The notes beneath the pieces were generated by a model, which saw only the letters and a program-made list of their open reading frames with translations, was not told the DNA's origin and made no database searches. A stretch of 64,000 nt of DNA from an uncultured Chloroflexia bacterium. GTDB lineage: Bacteria > Chloroflexota > Limnocylindria > QHBO01. This document shows, one piece after another, positions 1 through 10,523 of the stretch. Numbering within the stretch: the first letter of the stretch is position 1; the number at the start of each line of letters is the position of its first letter. The position numbers and the translations under genes were made by a program. The DNA lies in the NCBI GenBank assembly GCA_963825525.1, contig CAWGTN010000002.1, positions 1,760,001 to 1,824,000 of the forward strand, in the 5' to 3' direction.

Positions 1-423
1 TTCGTCACGCTGCTCATCGGGGTCAACGACGTCGTCCAGGGCGTCAGCGACGAGCAGTACGCCGCCAACGTGGACGTCATCCTCGAGGCCCTGTTGGGCA
101 TGCTTCCGCCGGAACGGGTGCTGTGCGTGGCCACCCCGGACTACACCCTCACGCCCCAGGGTTCGGCCTTCGGGGACCCGACGCGGCAGCGAGGCGGGAT
201 CGTTCGCGTGAACGGCATGCTTCAGGAAGCCTGCGACTCACGCGGGATCCGATTCGTGCCCCAGATCTTCGATATCAGCCAGGAGGCGCTCGACGATCCA
301 TCTCTGGTCGCGAACGACGGCCTGCACCCATCCGGCATCCAGTACGGGCGCTGGGTCGACGTCATCGCACCGGTGGTCACCGAGGCGCTCGGCACGGGCC
401 CTGCTACGCTTCCCGACGGATGA
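1..423 (+). CDS. SGNH/GDSL hydrolase family protein (5' truncated by window)
   Basis: Frame open from base 1: LLIGVND (block III GxND) and DGLHPS (block V DxxH). Confidence 0.85.
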   Translation, partial: FVTLLIGVNDVVQGVSDEQYAANVDVILEALLGMLPPERVLCVATPDYTLTPQGSAFGDPTRQRGGIVRVNGMLQEACDSRGIRFVPQIFDISQEALDDPSLVANDGLHPSGIQYGRWVDVIAPVVTEALGTGPATLPDG

Positions 424-1910
424 CCAGCACCGATCGACCGATGCGCGTCCGCATGGCTCCGAGCCCAACCGGCCCGCTCCATATCGGCACCGCGCGCACC
501 AGCCTCTACAACTACCTTGCCGCGCGCCATGCGGGAGGGACCTACGTGCTGCGCATCGAGGACACGGACGTCGCACGCAGCACCGACGCCTTCGAGCGCG
601 ACATCATCGACAACCTCCACTGGCTCGGGATCACGTGGGACGAGGGCCCACAGGTCGCCGGCGGCGACGAGGCCGGGTCATTCGGGCCGTATCGGCAGCG
701 TGACCGCATGGATCGCTACGCGGTCGAGGCCGAGCGCCTGCTCGCCACCGGTTCCGCCTATCGATGCTGGTGCACGACCGAGGAGCTGGATGCCGTGCGG
801 CGGCAGCAGGAGGCGGCCAAGGAGCCGCCGCGCTACAACCGTCGTTGCCTCAACCTCTCCGAGGCCGAGCGGACGGCATTCGAGACGGAGGGTCGCCCCT
901 CGGTCCTTCGTTTCAAGGTCGTGCCCGAGACGATCACCTTCAACGATCTCGTGCGCGGCGAGGTCTCGTTCGACAACGCGCTGCTCGGTGACTTCGTCAT
1001 CGTCCGCAACGATGGCGTGCCGCTCTACCACTTCGTGGTGGTGGTCGACGACGAGGCGATGGAGATCACCCACGTCATCCGCGGCGAGGACCATCTCTCC
1101 AACACGCCCAAGCACATTGCCCTGATTCGGGCGCTGGGCTACACGGAACCGCAATTCGGCCACATCCCGCTGATCCTCAACCCGGATCGGTCGAAGATGA
1201 GCAAGCGGAAGTCGCAGACCTCGATCACCGCCTATCGCGAGGAGGGCTACCTGCCCGAGGCATTCGTGAACTTCCTCGCATTCCTGGGCTGGTCTCCCGG
1301 GACCGAGGAGGAGATCTTCAGCCTGGCCGAGCTGAGTGAGCGATTCGAGCTCGCCAAGGTCCACAAGGGCGGTGCGATCTTCGACCGAGATCGGCTCGAT
1401 CACCTCAACGGCGTCTATATCCGGGCGCTGTCGGACGATCAGCTGGCGCTCCGCATCCGGCCGTGGGTGCCCGATGCAGTGCGCGACGACGACCTGCGTC
1501 GCCTGGTCCCGCTCATCAAGGAGCGTCTCGTCAAGCTCGGAGACGTGCCGGAGCTCATCGGATTCGTATGGGAACCCGATGAGGTCGTGGCGGGTTGGTA
1601 CGAAGGCGACCTGCTGCATCCGAAGAAAGGCGGCCCCCGGGAGGCGCGCGCGGCACTCGAAGGCGCGTCCGAAGTCGTCCGCGAGCTGGACGATGCCGAC
1701 TTCTCCGCCGATGTGCTGGAGCAGCGCTGCCGAGTCGCGGCCGACGACGCCGGGATGAAGGCCGGCGAATTCTTCTCCCCGATCCGCGTTGCAATCACAG
1801 GTCGCACCGTGTCGCCCCCGCTCTTCGCCTCGCTCGAGATGCTCGGCCGCGAGCGCTCGCTGGCGAGGCTTGAGCATGCGCTGGGCAAGCTGATGGAGAC
1901 GGTGGGATGA
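420..1910 (+). CDS. gltX: Glutamate--tRNA ligase
   Basis: RMAPSPTGPLHIG (HIGH), LRIEDTD, RGEDHLSN, KMSKR (KMSKS). ATG at 420 overlaps the upstream TGA. Confidence 0.97.
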   Translation: MTSTDRPMRVRMAPSPTGPLHIGTARTSLYNYLAARHAGGTYVLRIEDTDVARSTDAFERDIIDNLHWLGITWDEGPQVAGGDEAGSFGPYRQRDRMDRYAVEAERLLATGSAYRCWCTTEELDAVRRQQEAAKEPPRYNRRCLNLSEAERTAFETEGRPSVLRFKVVPETITFNDLVRGEVSFDNALLGDFVIVRNDGVPLYHFVVVVDDEAMEITHVIRGEDHLSNTPKHIALIRALGYTEPQFGHIPLILNPDRSKMSKRKSQTSITAYREEGYLPEAFVNFLAFLGWSPGTEEEIFSLAELSERFELAKVHKGGAIFDRDRLDHLNGVYIRALSDDQLALRIRPWVPDAVRDDDLRRLVPLIKERLVKLGDVPELIGFVWEPDEVVAGWYEGDLLHPKKGGPREARAALEGASEVVRELDDADFSADVLEQRCRVAADDAGMKAGEFFSPIRVAITGRTVSPPLFASLEMLGRERSLARLEHALGKLMETVG

Positions 1911-2653
1911 CCGACGAGCCTCGGCCCGGGGAGCGGGCCCCGTCCGTCGAGTCCCTCATGGATGCCGACCTGATCGTGCCGATTCGGTCCTCGTCCGGCT
2001 CGAGCCCCGAGCCCGACAACGTGGATGCCACCGCCTTCCGGCACGGGGTCGACGAGTCTGGCGAGCGCTTCATCGCCGCCTTCACCTCCCCGGCGATCCT
2101 GGCCCAGCTGGGCCCGGCCGGCAGCGACAGCGTGCGGATGCCCGCGCAGGAGCTCTTCGAGCGGGCAGATGCCGCCCAGGAGCGGGTCGTGGTGGACCCG
2201 GGTGCGCCGACCCAGGTCGAGGTGGCGATCGGCGTGCTTCCGTTCCTTGCCGCGGGGATCGATCCCAACCGACCGGATGCGCTGAGGGCGCGTCGCCCCC
2301 TCGGTGGTCTGCCGGCGCTCGAGGTCCCGGAGCAGATCCCGGAGCCGTTCGGCCGCGAGCTCCACGCGGCCCTGGCCGACCTTGCTCATGTCGAGCGAGC
2401 GTGGTTGCTGAGGGCCGGCACGGCATGGACGGCCGGTATCCAGCTGCGGCCCGATGCGCTTCTCGTCGATTTCGACACCGTCCGAAATCGGCTGCACGCG
2501 GTCGCGACCGAGCACCTCGGGTCCCGGCGCCTGCTGGCTGTGACCGACCTGCGCGCGCCGGCCCTGCGCGAGATGTACGACGCCACGTCCGCGCCGTTCT
2601 ACGTCCGGGTCGAGGAGCGCAAGGGCCTGTTCTCGCGCCTCCTCGGCGGGTAG
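1907..2653 (+). CDS. SseB-family protein (SseB N- and C-terminal-like domains)
   Basis: LIVP...FIAAFTS...VVVDPG pattern typical of SseB N-domain, VERAWL in C-half; ATGA overlap with gltX. Confidence 0.6.
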   Translation: MTDEPRPGERAPSVESLMDADLIVPIRSSSGSSPEPDNVDATAFRHGVDESGERFIAAFTSPAILAQLGPAGSDSVRMPAQELFERADAAQERVVVDPGAPTQVEVAIGVLPFLAAGIDPNRPDALRARRPLGGLPALEVPEQIPEPFGRELHAALADLAHVERAWLLRAGTAWTAGIQLRPDALLVDFDTVRNRLHAVATEHLGSRRLLAVTDLRAPALREMYDATSAPFYVRVEERKGLFSRLLGG

Positions 2654-2654
2654 G

Positions 2655-3674
2655 TCAGGGAACCAGGACCAGGCGTCCTTCGACGTCGCCCGCCCGAACG
2701 CGACCGTGTGCATCGGCCGCCTGGTCGAGCGGGACCGGCTCGGCGCTCCACTCGAGGTGGCCGCCCGCTGCCAGCGCGACCACATCCTCCAGGTCGGTGA
2801 CGGATCCCCAGGCCACGGTGGTGAACCACGACTCGACGGGGACGCGCTCGAATCCGAACGGGAGGGCACCGCCCGCTTCGCCGATGAGCGTCACGAGTCC
2901 CCCGGGCGCCACGACCGCAGCCGCGTGGGCGAGCGTCTCCGGTGTCCCGACGAAGTCGAACACGGCATCAGCCGGGCCGCCGAGCACCGCCACCGTCTCG
3001 TCCGCGGATGCGGACAGCAGGACCGCGTCCGCGCCGAGGGCCCGCGCACGGTCAAGCCGTGCCTGCGTGAGATCCTGGACGCCGATGCGCAGATCGTCGC
3101 CTCCACCAACCTGCCCTCGGAGGAACTGCAGTGCGAACTGGCCCAGTGCGCCGCACCCGATTGCCAGGACGCGGGCGCCCGGGACGAGCCAGGGGACGGC
3201 GCGTCGCACGGCGCGGTACGACGTGATGCCGGCATCGGCCAGTGGCGCAGCCCGCACCGGGTCCAGCGTTCCCAGCTGGACCAGGTGGCGCGCGTGGGGC
3301 ACGAGCATGGCCTCCGCATAGCCGCCATCCACCTGGAATCCGGGGGCGCTCGACGTCGCGCAGCGCTGCTCGGCTCCCGCCATGCACTCGCGGCACGTTC
3401 CGCAGCCCCAGCCGCCGGAGACGATCACCGGCTCGCCGATCGCTGGCGCCGTGGTGGCCGCCGGCCCGATGGCGTCGACCCATCCGGTCACCTCGTGCCC
3501 GAGGGTGACCGGCAGCCTGACGCGGGTCTGGGTTCCATCGGCGATGTGGAGGTCGGTGTGGCAGACCCCGCAGCCGGCGACCCTGATCCGGACCTCGGTT
3601 CCCGCGGGCTCCGGCCTGGCGACGTCGACCGCCTGAAGCGGTTCACCGGCGCGAACGACGCGAATGGCGCGCAC
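2655..3674 (-). CDS. Zinc-dependent alcohol dehydrogenase (MDR family)
   Basis: GVCHTD, LGHEVTG, CGTCRECMAGAEQRC structural Zn, GCGALG NAD motif. Confidence 0.93.
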   Translation of the reverse strand: MRAIRVVRAGEPLQAVDVARPEPAGTEVRIRVAGCGVCHTDLHIADGTQTRVRLPVTLGHEVTGWVDAIGPAATTAPAIGEPVIVSGGWGCGTCRECMAGAEQRCATSSAPGFQVDGGYAEAMLVPHARHLVQLGTLDPVRAAPLADAGITSYRAVRRAVPWLVPGARVLAIGCGALGQFALQFLRGQVGGGDDLRIGVQDLTQARLDRARALGADAVLLSASADETVAVLGGPADAVFDFVGTPETLAHAAAVVAPGGLVTLIGEAGGALPFGFERVPVESWFTTVAWGSVTDLEDVVALAAGGHLEWSAEPVPLDQAADAHGRVRAGDVEGRLVLVP

Positions 3675-3685
3675 CGTACTGCCGG

Positions 3686-4204
3686 CTACGAGCCGGTCGA
3701 TGCGTCCTGGGAGGCGGCCGGGATCGGCTCAGAGAGGGCTCGCACGACCTGATCGACGAGGGAGTCCGGCTGAAGATCCTCGACGATGACGCGAATGATG
3801 CCCTCGCGGTCGGTGGCCACGGCCACCGGACGGGCGACATTGACGTTCTCGCCGTCGGCCACGGTCGGGATCCCCAGCATCTCGACCGCGCTGCGACGCT
3901 CGTCGCTCATCAGGAGGAACGGAAGGTCGTGCTTCTGCGCGAAGGCGGTCTGCTGCTCCTCGGAGTCGCAGCTGATTGCGGCGACCGCGATTCCGGCCTG
4001 GTGCAGCCGGTCGTGGCCGGCGATCAGGGCTTCGATCGCCTTCACGCCCCGGCGCCGATTGGCTCCCTGCATGGTCGGCGCACCGAAGAAGAGCAGCAGG
4101 GACGGCTGCTTCGTCACGTTGCTCCGCAGGTTGAGGAGATACCCGTCCGTGGCGCGCAGGCCAACCGAGGGGAGCGGCTCACCGACCGCCAGTTTCAGGC
4201 TCAT
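3686..4204 (-). CDS. Peroxiredoxin-like (AhpC/TSA, Bcp-like) protein lacking the peroxidatic Cys
   Basis: LAVGEPLP N-terminus, ISCDS...FAQKHDLPFLLMSD, DREGIIR; no PxxxTxxC motif. Confidence 0.7.
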   Translation of the reverse strand: MSLKLAVGEPLPSVGLRATDGYLLNLRSNVTKQPSLLLFFGAPTMQGANRRRGVKAIEALIAGHDRLHQAGIAVAAISCDSEEQQTAFAQKHDLPFLLMSDERRSAVEMLGIPTVADGENVNVARPVAVATDREGIIRVIVEDLQPDSLVDQVVRALSEPIPAASQDASTGS

Positions 4205-5109
4205 GCGCCGATTGTAGCGGCGCCCAGCCGGACCATGCCGCCCGACCGATGGACGAGCTCGTCGCGCTCGAGGCCGGCCAGCGTCCTCCGCCAGCCGGCG
4301 TCGTCGAGCGGCGGGCCGAGCCGCGAAGCGCCGACGGCGACAGCGTCGCGGCAGGCTCCCTCGGGCAGCTCATGACGCGGCGCGGCGGTGAGCAGCCGGA
4401 GCACCTCGCCGCGATAGGCACGGTTGCTTCCCCGCAGCGTCGGCTGCCGCGGCACCGCCACCCTCTTGGCCACCCCGCGGGACGGACATCCCGCGCTGAT
4501 CGGGCAGGCGTCGCAGCGCGGGGCGCGCGACCGGCAGACGTTCGCCCCGAACTCCATGCTCGTATGGGTCCAGGCGGCGACCTGGTTGCCGACCCCGGGG
4601 CCCGCGAGCGCATCCGCCACCGCCTGCAGGGCAGACGGCCGATCCGCGCCAGCGAACCGGCGCAGGAGCCATCGGCGAACGTTGGTATCGACGACGCCAA
4701 CCGGGATGCCGAACGCGATCGATGCGATTGCTCTCGAGGTGTACGGCCCGATCCCGGGCAGCCCAGCCAGGCCCGCGACGTCGCGCGGCCATCCGTCGGC
4801 GGCGACGCGCGCCGCAGTCCGCTGGAGTGCGATGGCTCGCCGGTTGTAGCCGAGGCCGCTCCACTCGGCGAGGACCTCGGAAGCCGGTGCCGCGGCCAGG
4901 GCTTCGACGGTCGGAAAGCGCGACATGAATCGCGGGAATCGTTCGGCGACTCGGGACGCCTGTGTCTGCTGCAGCATGATCTCGCTGACCAGGACCTCGT
5001 AGGGCTCGCTGCGTCCGCGCCACGGGAAGTCGCGGTGCTCGCGGGCGTACCAATCGAGCAGGCTGCGGCGCACGCGCCGGGTCACTGAGGCAGCTGGCGG
5101 GGCGGTCAC
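4201..5109 (-). CDS. mutY: A/G-specific adenine glycosylase (short form)
   Basis: WYAREHRDFPWR, VSEIMLQQTQ, LPGIGPYT HhH, VDTNVRR, C-x6-C-x2-C-x5-C Fe-S motif. Start placed at GTG 5109, 8 nt after TACCAT. Confidence 0.92.
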   Translation of the reverse strand: MTAPPAASVTRRVRRSLLDWYAREHRDFPWRGRSEPYEVLVSEIMLQQTQASRVAERFPRFMSRFPTVEALAAAPASEVLAEWSGLGYNRRAIALQRTAARVAADGWPRDVAGLAGLPGIGPYTSRAIASIAFGIPVGVVDTNVRRWLLRRFAGADRPSALQAVADALAGPGVGNQVAAWTHTSMEFGANVCRSRAPRCDACPISAGCPSRGVAKRVAVPRQPTLRGSNRAYRGEVLRLLTAAPRHELPEGACRDAVAVGASRLGPPLDDAGWRRTLAGLERDELVHRSGGMVRLGAATIGA

Positions 5110-5174
5110 GGGTCGCGATGGTAGCGGACCGGGCCGGCGCATCGGCTTCGCACCGGTGCGCTACCGTTGCCCGC

Positions 5175-5954
5175 ATGAGCTATCGCCTGCTCTGCCTCGA
5201 TGCGGGTTTCACCCTCCTGTCGCCTCGGCGCACCCTTGCGGATGCGCTGTCCGGCGTGCTTGCCAGAGATGGCCACGCGATCACGGAGGAGGAGATCCGA
5301 ACCGCGTGGGACCAGTCGGACCGCTGGTTCTGGGACGAATATCACCGGCCGGGCAATGACACGTGGACGGACGATGGTCGCATCGACGACTACTGGCGCA
5401 GGTATCACGGGACGATGCTCGAGCGGCTGGGTGTCGATGCGCGGCAGGAGGTCCTGGACCGCATCCTGGCCAGCCAATTCGCGACCGACGCGTGGGAGCT
5501 GTATCCCGATGTCGAGCCGATGCTGCGCGAGGTCGGCGCGCTGGGGGTGAAGGTCGGGATCGTGAGCGACTGGGGATCGAACCTGCGCGGGATCGTGGAG
5601 CAGCTGGGTCTGGACCGATACCTCGACTTCGTCCTGCCGTCCGGCGCCGTGGGTGTGGCCAAGCCAAGTCCCGCCTTCTTCCGGCTGGCCCTCGAGAACG
5701 CTGCCGTGGCGCCGGAGGAGGCACTGATGGTCGGTGACTCGTATCGGGCGGACGTTCGTGGGGCATGGTCCGCCGGCATGTCGGCGCTGTGGCTCGATCG
5801 CTCGGACGGCCACCGGATCACTCCCGATGACGAGCCCGCCCCCGACGATGTTCGCATCGTCCGATCTCTCGATGAGCTGCCCGAGATCGTCCGCAGCGGA
5901 GTGATCCTGCCGCGTGGCGAGGTGATCGTCGCCGACCGCCCATCGATCGCCTGA
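5175..5954 (+). CDS. HAD-superfamily hydrolase
   Basis: LDAGFTL motif I, IVSDW, KP, VGDS-x3-D motif IV. Confidence 0.9.
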   Translation: MSYRLLCLDAGFTLLSPRRTLADALSGVLARDGHAITEEEIRTAWDQSDRWFWDEYHRPGNDTWTDDGRIDDYWRRYHGTMLERLGVDARQEVLDRILASQFATDAWELYPDVEPMLREVGALGVKVGIVSDWGSNLRGIVEQLGLDRYLDFVLPSGAVGVAKPSPAFFRLALENAAVAPEEALMVGDSYRADVRGAWSAGMSALWLDRSDGHRITPDDEPAPDDVRIVRSLDELPEIVRSGVILPRGEVIVADRPSIA

Positions 5955-5962
5955 AGGCTGCC

Positions 5963-6988
5963 GTGACGAGCTCGGTTGGTCTCCCCATCGTTGTCGACAA
6001 GTTCGGTGGGTCAGTGCTCCGTCGACCGGAGGACATCGCCGCCGCCGCGGATGTCGTTGCTCGGCAGCGAGCCGCCGGCATGCGCCCCGTCATCGTGGTG
6101 AGTGCCTTCGAAGGCGTCACCGACACCATCCTGGGCGCCGCCCGCGTTCTGCTCCCCGATCGCGGCGAGTCGCTGCGGGAGCCGGGCCAGGATGCCGGGT
6201 CTGCCTTCGCGCGCGAGACGGATCGGGCACTTGCCACCGGCGAGGCGCTGTCCGCCGCGCTCTTCGCCCTTGGCCTCCAGGCGCGCGGGATTCCGGCACG
6301 ATCGTTCTCCGGGGCGGAGGCGGGCATCCGGACGGCGGCCGCCCATCTCGGGGCGGAGGTGCGCCGCGTGCTGGCTCGTCCACTGCGCAGCGCGCTGGCC
6401 GATGGCCTGGTGCCGGTGGTCGCGGGCTTCCAGGGCATCGGCACGCATGGGGAGCTGACGACATTGGGCCGCGGCGGCACCGACCTGTCCGCGGTCGCGT
6501 TGGCCGTCGCCCTGCGCGCCGATCGCTGCGAGCTGTTCAAGGACGTCGGCGGCGTCCTGGAGGCCGATCCGAACCTCGTGCCGGCGGCACGGTTCCTTCC
6601 GGTGGTCGATGCTCGCCAGCTCGAGCTCCTCGCCGAGCTGGGCGCCGAGGTCGTCCACCCGGTGGCGGTGCGCCGAGCCCGACGCGGCCGGCTTCAGCTC
6701 GTCGTCCGCGCGCTTGATGACGACGCGCCGCAGACCATGGTCCGCCCGGTCCGTGACGGCGATGGGGTCCTCATGCTGGCGGTGGATCGCAAGGAGCGCG
6801 TGGCGCGCATCAGCCTCGTCGGCCCATCCGCGCTGATGCCGGAGGTGCTGCCACTGCCGGCACACGGTGAGGGTGCGTTCGACGAGGGCGGCATGCGGGT
6901 CGTGTGGGCGGAGGTGCCCCTGGCGTCAGCCGCCTCCGCGGCCCAGGCAGTGCACGCCTCGTACATGGGATCGCCGCGCCGGGGATGA
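5963..6988 (+). CDS. lysC: Aspartate kinase (short C-terminal regulatory region)
   Basis: VDKFGGS, VVSA, VVAGFQG, TTLGRGGTD, KDVGGVLEADP, GAEVVHP. Confidence 0.85.
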   Translation: MTSSVGLPIVVDKFGGSVLRRPEDIAAAADVVARQRAAGMRPVIVVSAFEGVTDTILGAARVLLPDRGESLREPGQDAGSAFARETDRALATGEALSAALFALGLQARGIPARSFSGAEAGIRTAAAHLGAEVRRVLARPLRSALADGLVPVVAGFQGIGTHGELTTLGRGGTDLSAVALAVALRADRCELFKDVGGVLEADPNLVPAARFLPVVDARQLELLAELGAEVVHPVAVRRARRGRLQLVVRALDDDAPQTMVRPVRDGDGVLMLAVDRKERVARISLVGPSALMPEVLPLPAHGEGAFDEGGMRVVWAEVPLASAASAAQAVHASYMGSPRRG

Positions 6989-7011
6989 CCCGGGACACCA
7001 CGAGCCAGGCG

Positions 7012-7971
7012 TCAGCCAGCCACGGCCTCGTGCTCGGCGATGGAGGTGGATCGCCCACCCAGCTGGAGCAGAACCGCGGCCACCAGGATGAGGCCGCCGC
7101 CCAGGAGCTGGAGCGCGGCGGGCTGTTCGTTGAGCAGCCACGCGGCGAGCCCCACTCCCACGACGGGCTCCAGGGTGGCCAGGATGGCGGCCCGCGGCGC
7201 CCCGAGCATCCTGATGCCCGTGATGAAGCACAGGGTCGGGATGGCCGCCCCGATGAACCCGGCCACCAGGACGGGCCATAGCGCATCGGCGGATGCCAGT
7301 GGAGCCGCCATCTCGACCAACTGGCCGGTGGCCAGCGCAATGACCACGTACCCCAACGCAGCCCCGCCCATGGTCAACGCCGCGGACTCGACCGGCGGGA
7401 TGCGAGCGAACCCGTGGCGCGCGGCCATGACGTAGAAGGCCTGGGCCATGGCCGCGAGGAAGGCCAGGCCGATCCCGACGCCATCCAGGTGCCCGAGCTC
7501 GCCGGAGCCGGTGAGCGTCATCGTGAGCCCGATCATCGAGACGCCGAGCGCCGCCCATCGCACCGCGTCGAGCCGATCGCCGAACCAGATGACCGAGGCG
7601 ATCGCCACGAATGCCGGATAGCTGTAGAAGACGAGCAGCGCCAGCCCGATGTCGATCCGCACGAAGGCGATGAACATGGCCAGGTTGAGGACCAGGTTGG
7701 CCATGGATGCGGTCCCGATGAACCATCGGTCGCGTCTGCCGATGCTGCGCAGGCCGACCGGCCGGCGTCCCGCGACGCGATGCAGTGTGACGAGCAGGAG
7801 GATCATGGCGGTCGCTCCGATGCCGGCGCGCCAGGCGACGATCGCCAGCGCTTCCACGCCCGCCGCGTCGGCGAAGCGGGTGACCGGGCCGAGCGTCCCG
7901 AAGCACACGGCGGCGAGGACCACGAGCCCGGCGCCAAGGGCCCCTGACCCGTCCCCCGAGCGGTCGCTCAC
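7012..7971 (-). CDS. EamA/DMT family transporter
   Basis: About 10 hydrophobic segments in two repeats; YSYPAFV and TLEPVVG motifs. Confidence 0.88.
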   Translation of the reverse strand: MSDRSGDGSGALGAGLVVLAAVCFGTLGPVTRFADAAGVEALAIVAWRAGIGATAMILLLVTLHRVAGRRPVGLRSIGRRDRWFIGTASMANLVLNLAMFIAFVRIDIGLALLVFYSYPAFVAIASVIWFGDRLDAVRWAALGVSMIGLTMTLTGSGELGHLDGVGIGLAFLAAMAQAFYVMAARHGFARIPPVESAALTMGGAALGYVVIALATGQLVEMAAPLASADALWPVLVAGFIGAAIPTLCFITGIRMLGAPRAAILATLEPVVGVGLAAWLLNEQPAALQLLGGGLILVAAVLLQLGGRSTSIAEHEAVAG

Positions 7972-9972
7972 TCGCTGGCGACCAGCTGCGGTGCCTCGGC
8001 CTCGGCGAGCTCGGTACGCATCCGTTCAAGCTCCTGCTCGATGGCGTCAGCGCGGTCGCGGAGCGCGTTGTGACGTTCGACCAGGCGCTTGACGGCCGAG
8101 GAGTCCCCGTAGGTCGATGGGTCTGCCAGCTGGTCCGTGATGGTGGCCAGCTCCGCTTCGCACGGCCGTCGCCTCGGTCTCGGTACGCGACAGGGTGGAC
8201 CGCAGGTCGCGCGTCCGGCGATGGCGGGCGTTGCGGGCCTCGGCCTCTTCCCGCTTGCGCGTGGCCGCGTCCGCCGAGGATTCGCGCGCCCTGGGTGCAG
8301 GTGCCACGACACCACGTGGCGTCGACCGCGCACCCTCCACGGCCCCGCGTGTCTCGATATCGACCCCTCGCTTGGCGGCGTAATACTCGAAGTCACCCGG
8401 GTACACGCTGGCCTCCCCGTCGTTGACCTCGATGATCATGTTGGCCACGCTGCGAATCAGGTAGCGGTCGTGGGTGATCAGGACAACGGTCCCGCTGAAC
8501 GCGTTCAACGCATCCTCGAGGACGTCGCGCGACTGGATGTCCAGGTGGTTGGTCGGCTCGTCGAGGCAGAGCAGGTTGGCCGGATCGGCGAGCAGCTTGG
8601 CGAGCGCCAGCCGCGTCTGCTCGCCTCCCGACAGGACGCCCACCCGCTTGTCGACGGCCGATCCGCTGAACAGGAAGGCGCCGAGCAGCTTGCGCATGTC
8701 GGTCGTCGACATCATCGGCGCCGCGTCGTTGAGCTCGTTGAAGACGGTGTTCTCCGGATTGAGGGCCTCGATCTGGTGCTGGGCGAAGTACGCGACCCGC
8801 ACGTTGGATCCGAGCTCCCGCGTGCCGCCCTCGAACGGCAGGACACCGGCCAGGATCTTCAGCAGGGTCGATTTGCCCGCACCGTTGGGGCCGATCAGGG
8901 CCACTTTCTGGCCGCGCTCGAGCTGCAGGTCCAGGTCCCCGGCGTAGACGACGTTCTCGCCGTACCGCTTCTCGATGTCGCTGAGCGTGATGACGGTCCG
9001 CCCGCTTCGCGGCGGTTCCGGGAATCTGAACTTCACGGACCGGGCACGGGCTCCGGGCGATGCCACACGGTCCAGCTTCTCGAGAGCCTTGACGCGAGAT
9101 TGGACCTGGCGCGCCTTCGACGCCTTGTATCGGAAGCGGTCGATGAACGCCTGGGTGTGGGCGATCTTTCGCTGCTGGTTCTTGGCCGCCGCCTCCAACT
9201 GCGCCATGCGCTCCGTGCGCTGCTCAACGAAGTCGGCGTAGTCACCCACGTACTCGGTCGCGGACGTGTCGTGGAGCTCCAGGACGCGGTTGGCCACCTC
9301 GTTGATGAAGTCGCGATCGTGGCTGACCAGAACGATGGCCCCCGCATACACGGCAAGGAATCCCTGGAGCCACTCGACCGATGCCAGGTCGAGGTGGTTG
9401 GTGGGCTCGTCGAGGAGCAGGACGTCGGGGTTCTGGAGCAGCAGGCGCGCGAGGGCCACCCGCATCATCCATCCGCCGCTGAACTCGCCCATGTCGCGCT
9501 CCATGTCCGACTCGGCGAATCCCAGGCCGGCCAGGATGCGGCGCGCCTCCGACTCGAGGCCGTACCCGCCGAGTGCCTCGAAGCGGTGCTGGAGGCGACC
9601 GTACTCATCCATCAGCTCGGCCAGCTCTTCCTCGTCCGCGGCGTCCTCAAGCTCCGTCTCGATGTGGCGCATGCGGCGCTCGATGCCGCTCACCTCCCCG
9701 GCCCCGGCCATGACCTCGGCCAGCACGCTCCGTCCGCGGGTTTCGGCAACTTCCTGGCGCAGGTAGCCGATGACGGTCTCCCGAGCGCGGGTGATCGTGC
9801 CGGCGTCCGGCTCCTGATCGCCGGTGATGAGCTCGAGCAGCGTCGTCTTGCCGGCCCCGTTGGGCCCGACGATCGCAATGCGGCGGCCGGCGCTGATCAT
9901 CAGGCCGACGTCGCTGAAGAGATGTTGCGCGGCATGGCTCTTCGCCACGCCCGCGATGGTCACCAGGCTCAC
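7968..9972 (-). CDS. ABC-F family ATP-binding protein (apparent +1 frameshift near 8161)
   Basis: Two ABC domains ([29 protein letters not shown]) with linker and no TM domain. The C-terminal coiled coil ([17 protein letters not shown]) continues in the frame ending at 7968. Confidence 0.9.
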
Positions 9973-10028
9973 TGCCCAATCGTACCGGGCGAGAGCATCA
10001 TCGGCCTGCAGCACCGTAGGATTAGCGA

Positions 10029-10523
10029 ATGGTCCAGGACGGATCGATCCTCTACGACGTCTACGTACTCAACCGAGCGGTCGGCGAGCTGCTCGAGGCG
10101 GGCTTTGCCGATGCGCCGCTCACTCCGGCCGAGTACGCGGTCTACAGCTACGTGGTCGAGCGCGATCCGGTGACCCCGTCCGAGGTCAGCCACGCGTTGA
10201 GCATGCCACGCCAGACGGTGAGCGACTGGGTGGCGCTGCTGCGAGAGCGCGGCCACATCCGCGTCGAAACCAATCCGGCCGATCGCCGCTCACAGCTCAT
10301 CACCATGACGCCCGCTGGCCGCCGAGCCCACCGGGCGACGAACCGTCGCTTCGAGGAGGTGTACCGCCGCTTCATCGATCGGCTGCCGCGGCCGGAGGCC
10401 GAGGTGCGGACGGCGCTATCCGAGCTGGTCGAGGCCGCACGTGTCGCCCGCGGGGAGCACGAGGCGCCGCTTCAGGGAGCGCTGAGCACGGCATCGAGTC
10501 CCACGTCCCGGCCCGCGAAGTAG
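10029..10523 (+). CDS. MarR family transcriptional regulator
   Basis: LTPAEYAV, w[16 protein letters not shown] wing motif. Confidence 0.88.
   Translation: MVQDGSILYDVYVLNRAVGELLEAGFADAPLTPAEYAVYSYVVERDPVTPSEVSHALSMPRQTVSDWVALLRERGHIRVETNPADRRSQLITMTPAGRRAHRATNRRFEEVYRRFIDRLPRPEAEVRTALSELVEAARVARGEHEAPLQGALSTASSPTSRPAK

Noticed and set aside
3686-4204. Selenocysteine recoding in the Prx-like gene
   Set aside because: No in-frame TGA at the active-site position.
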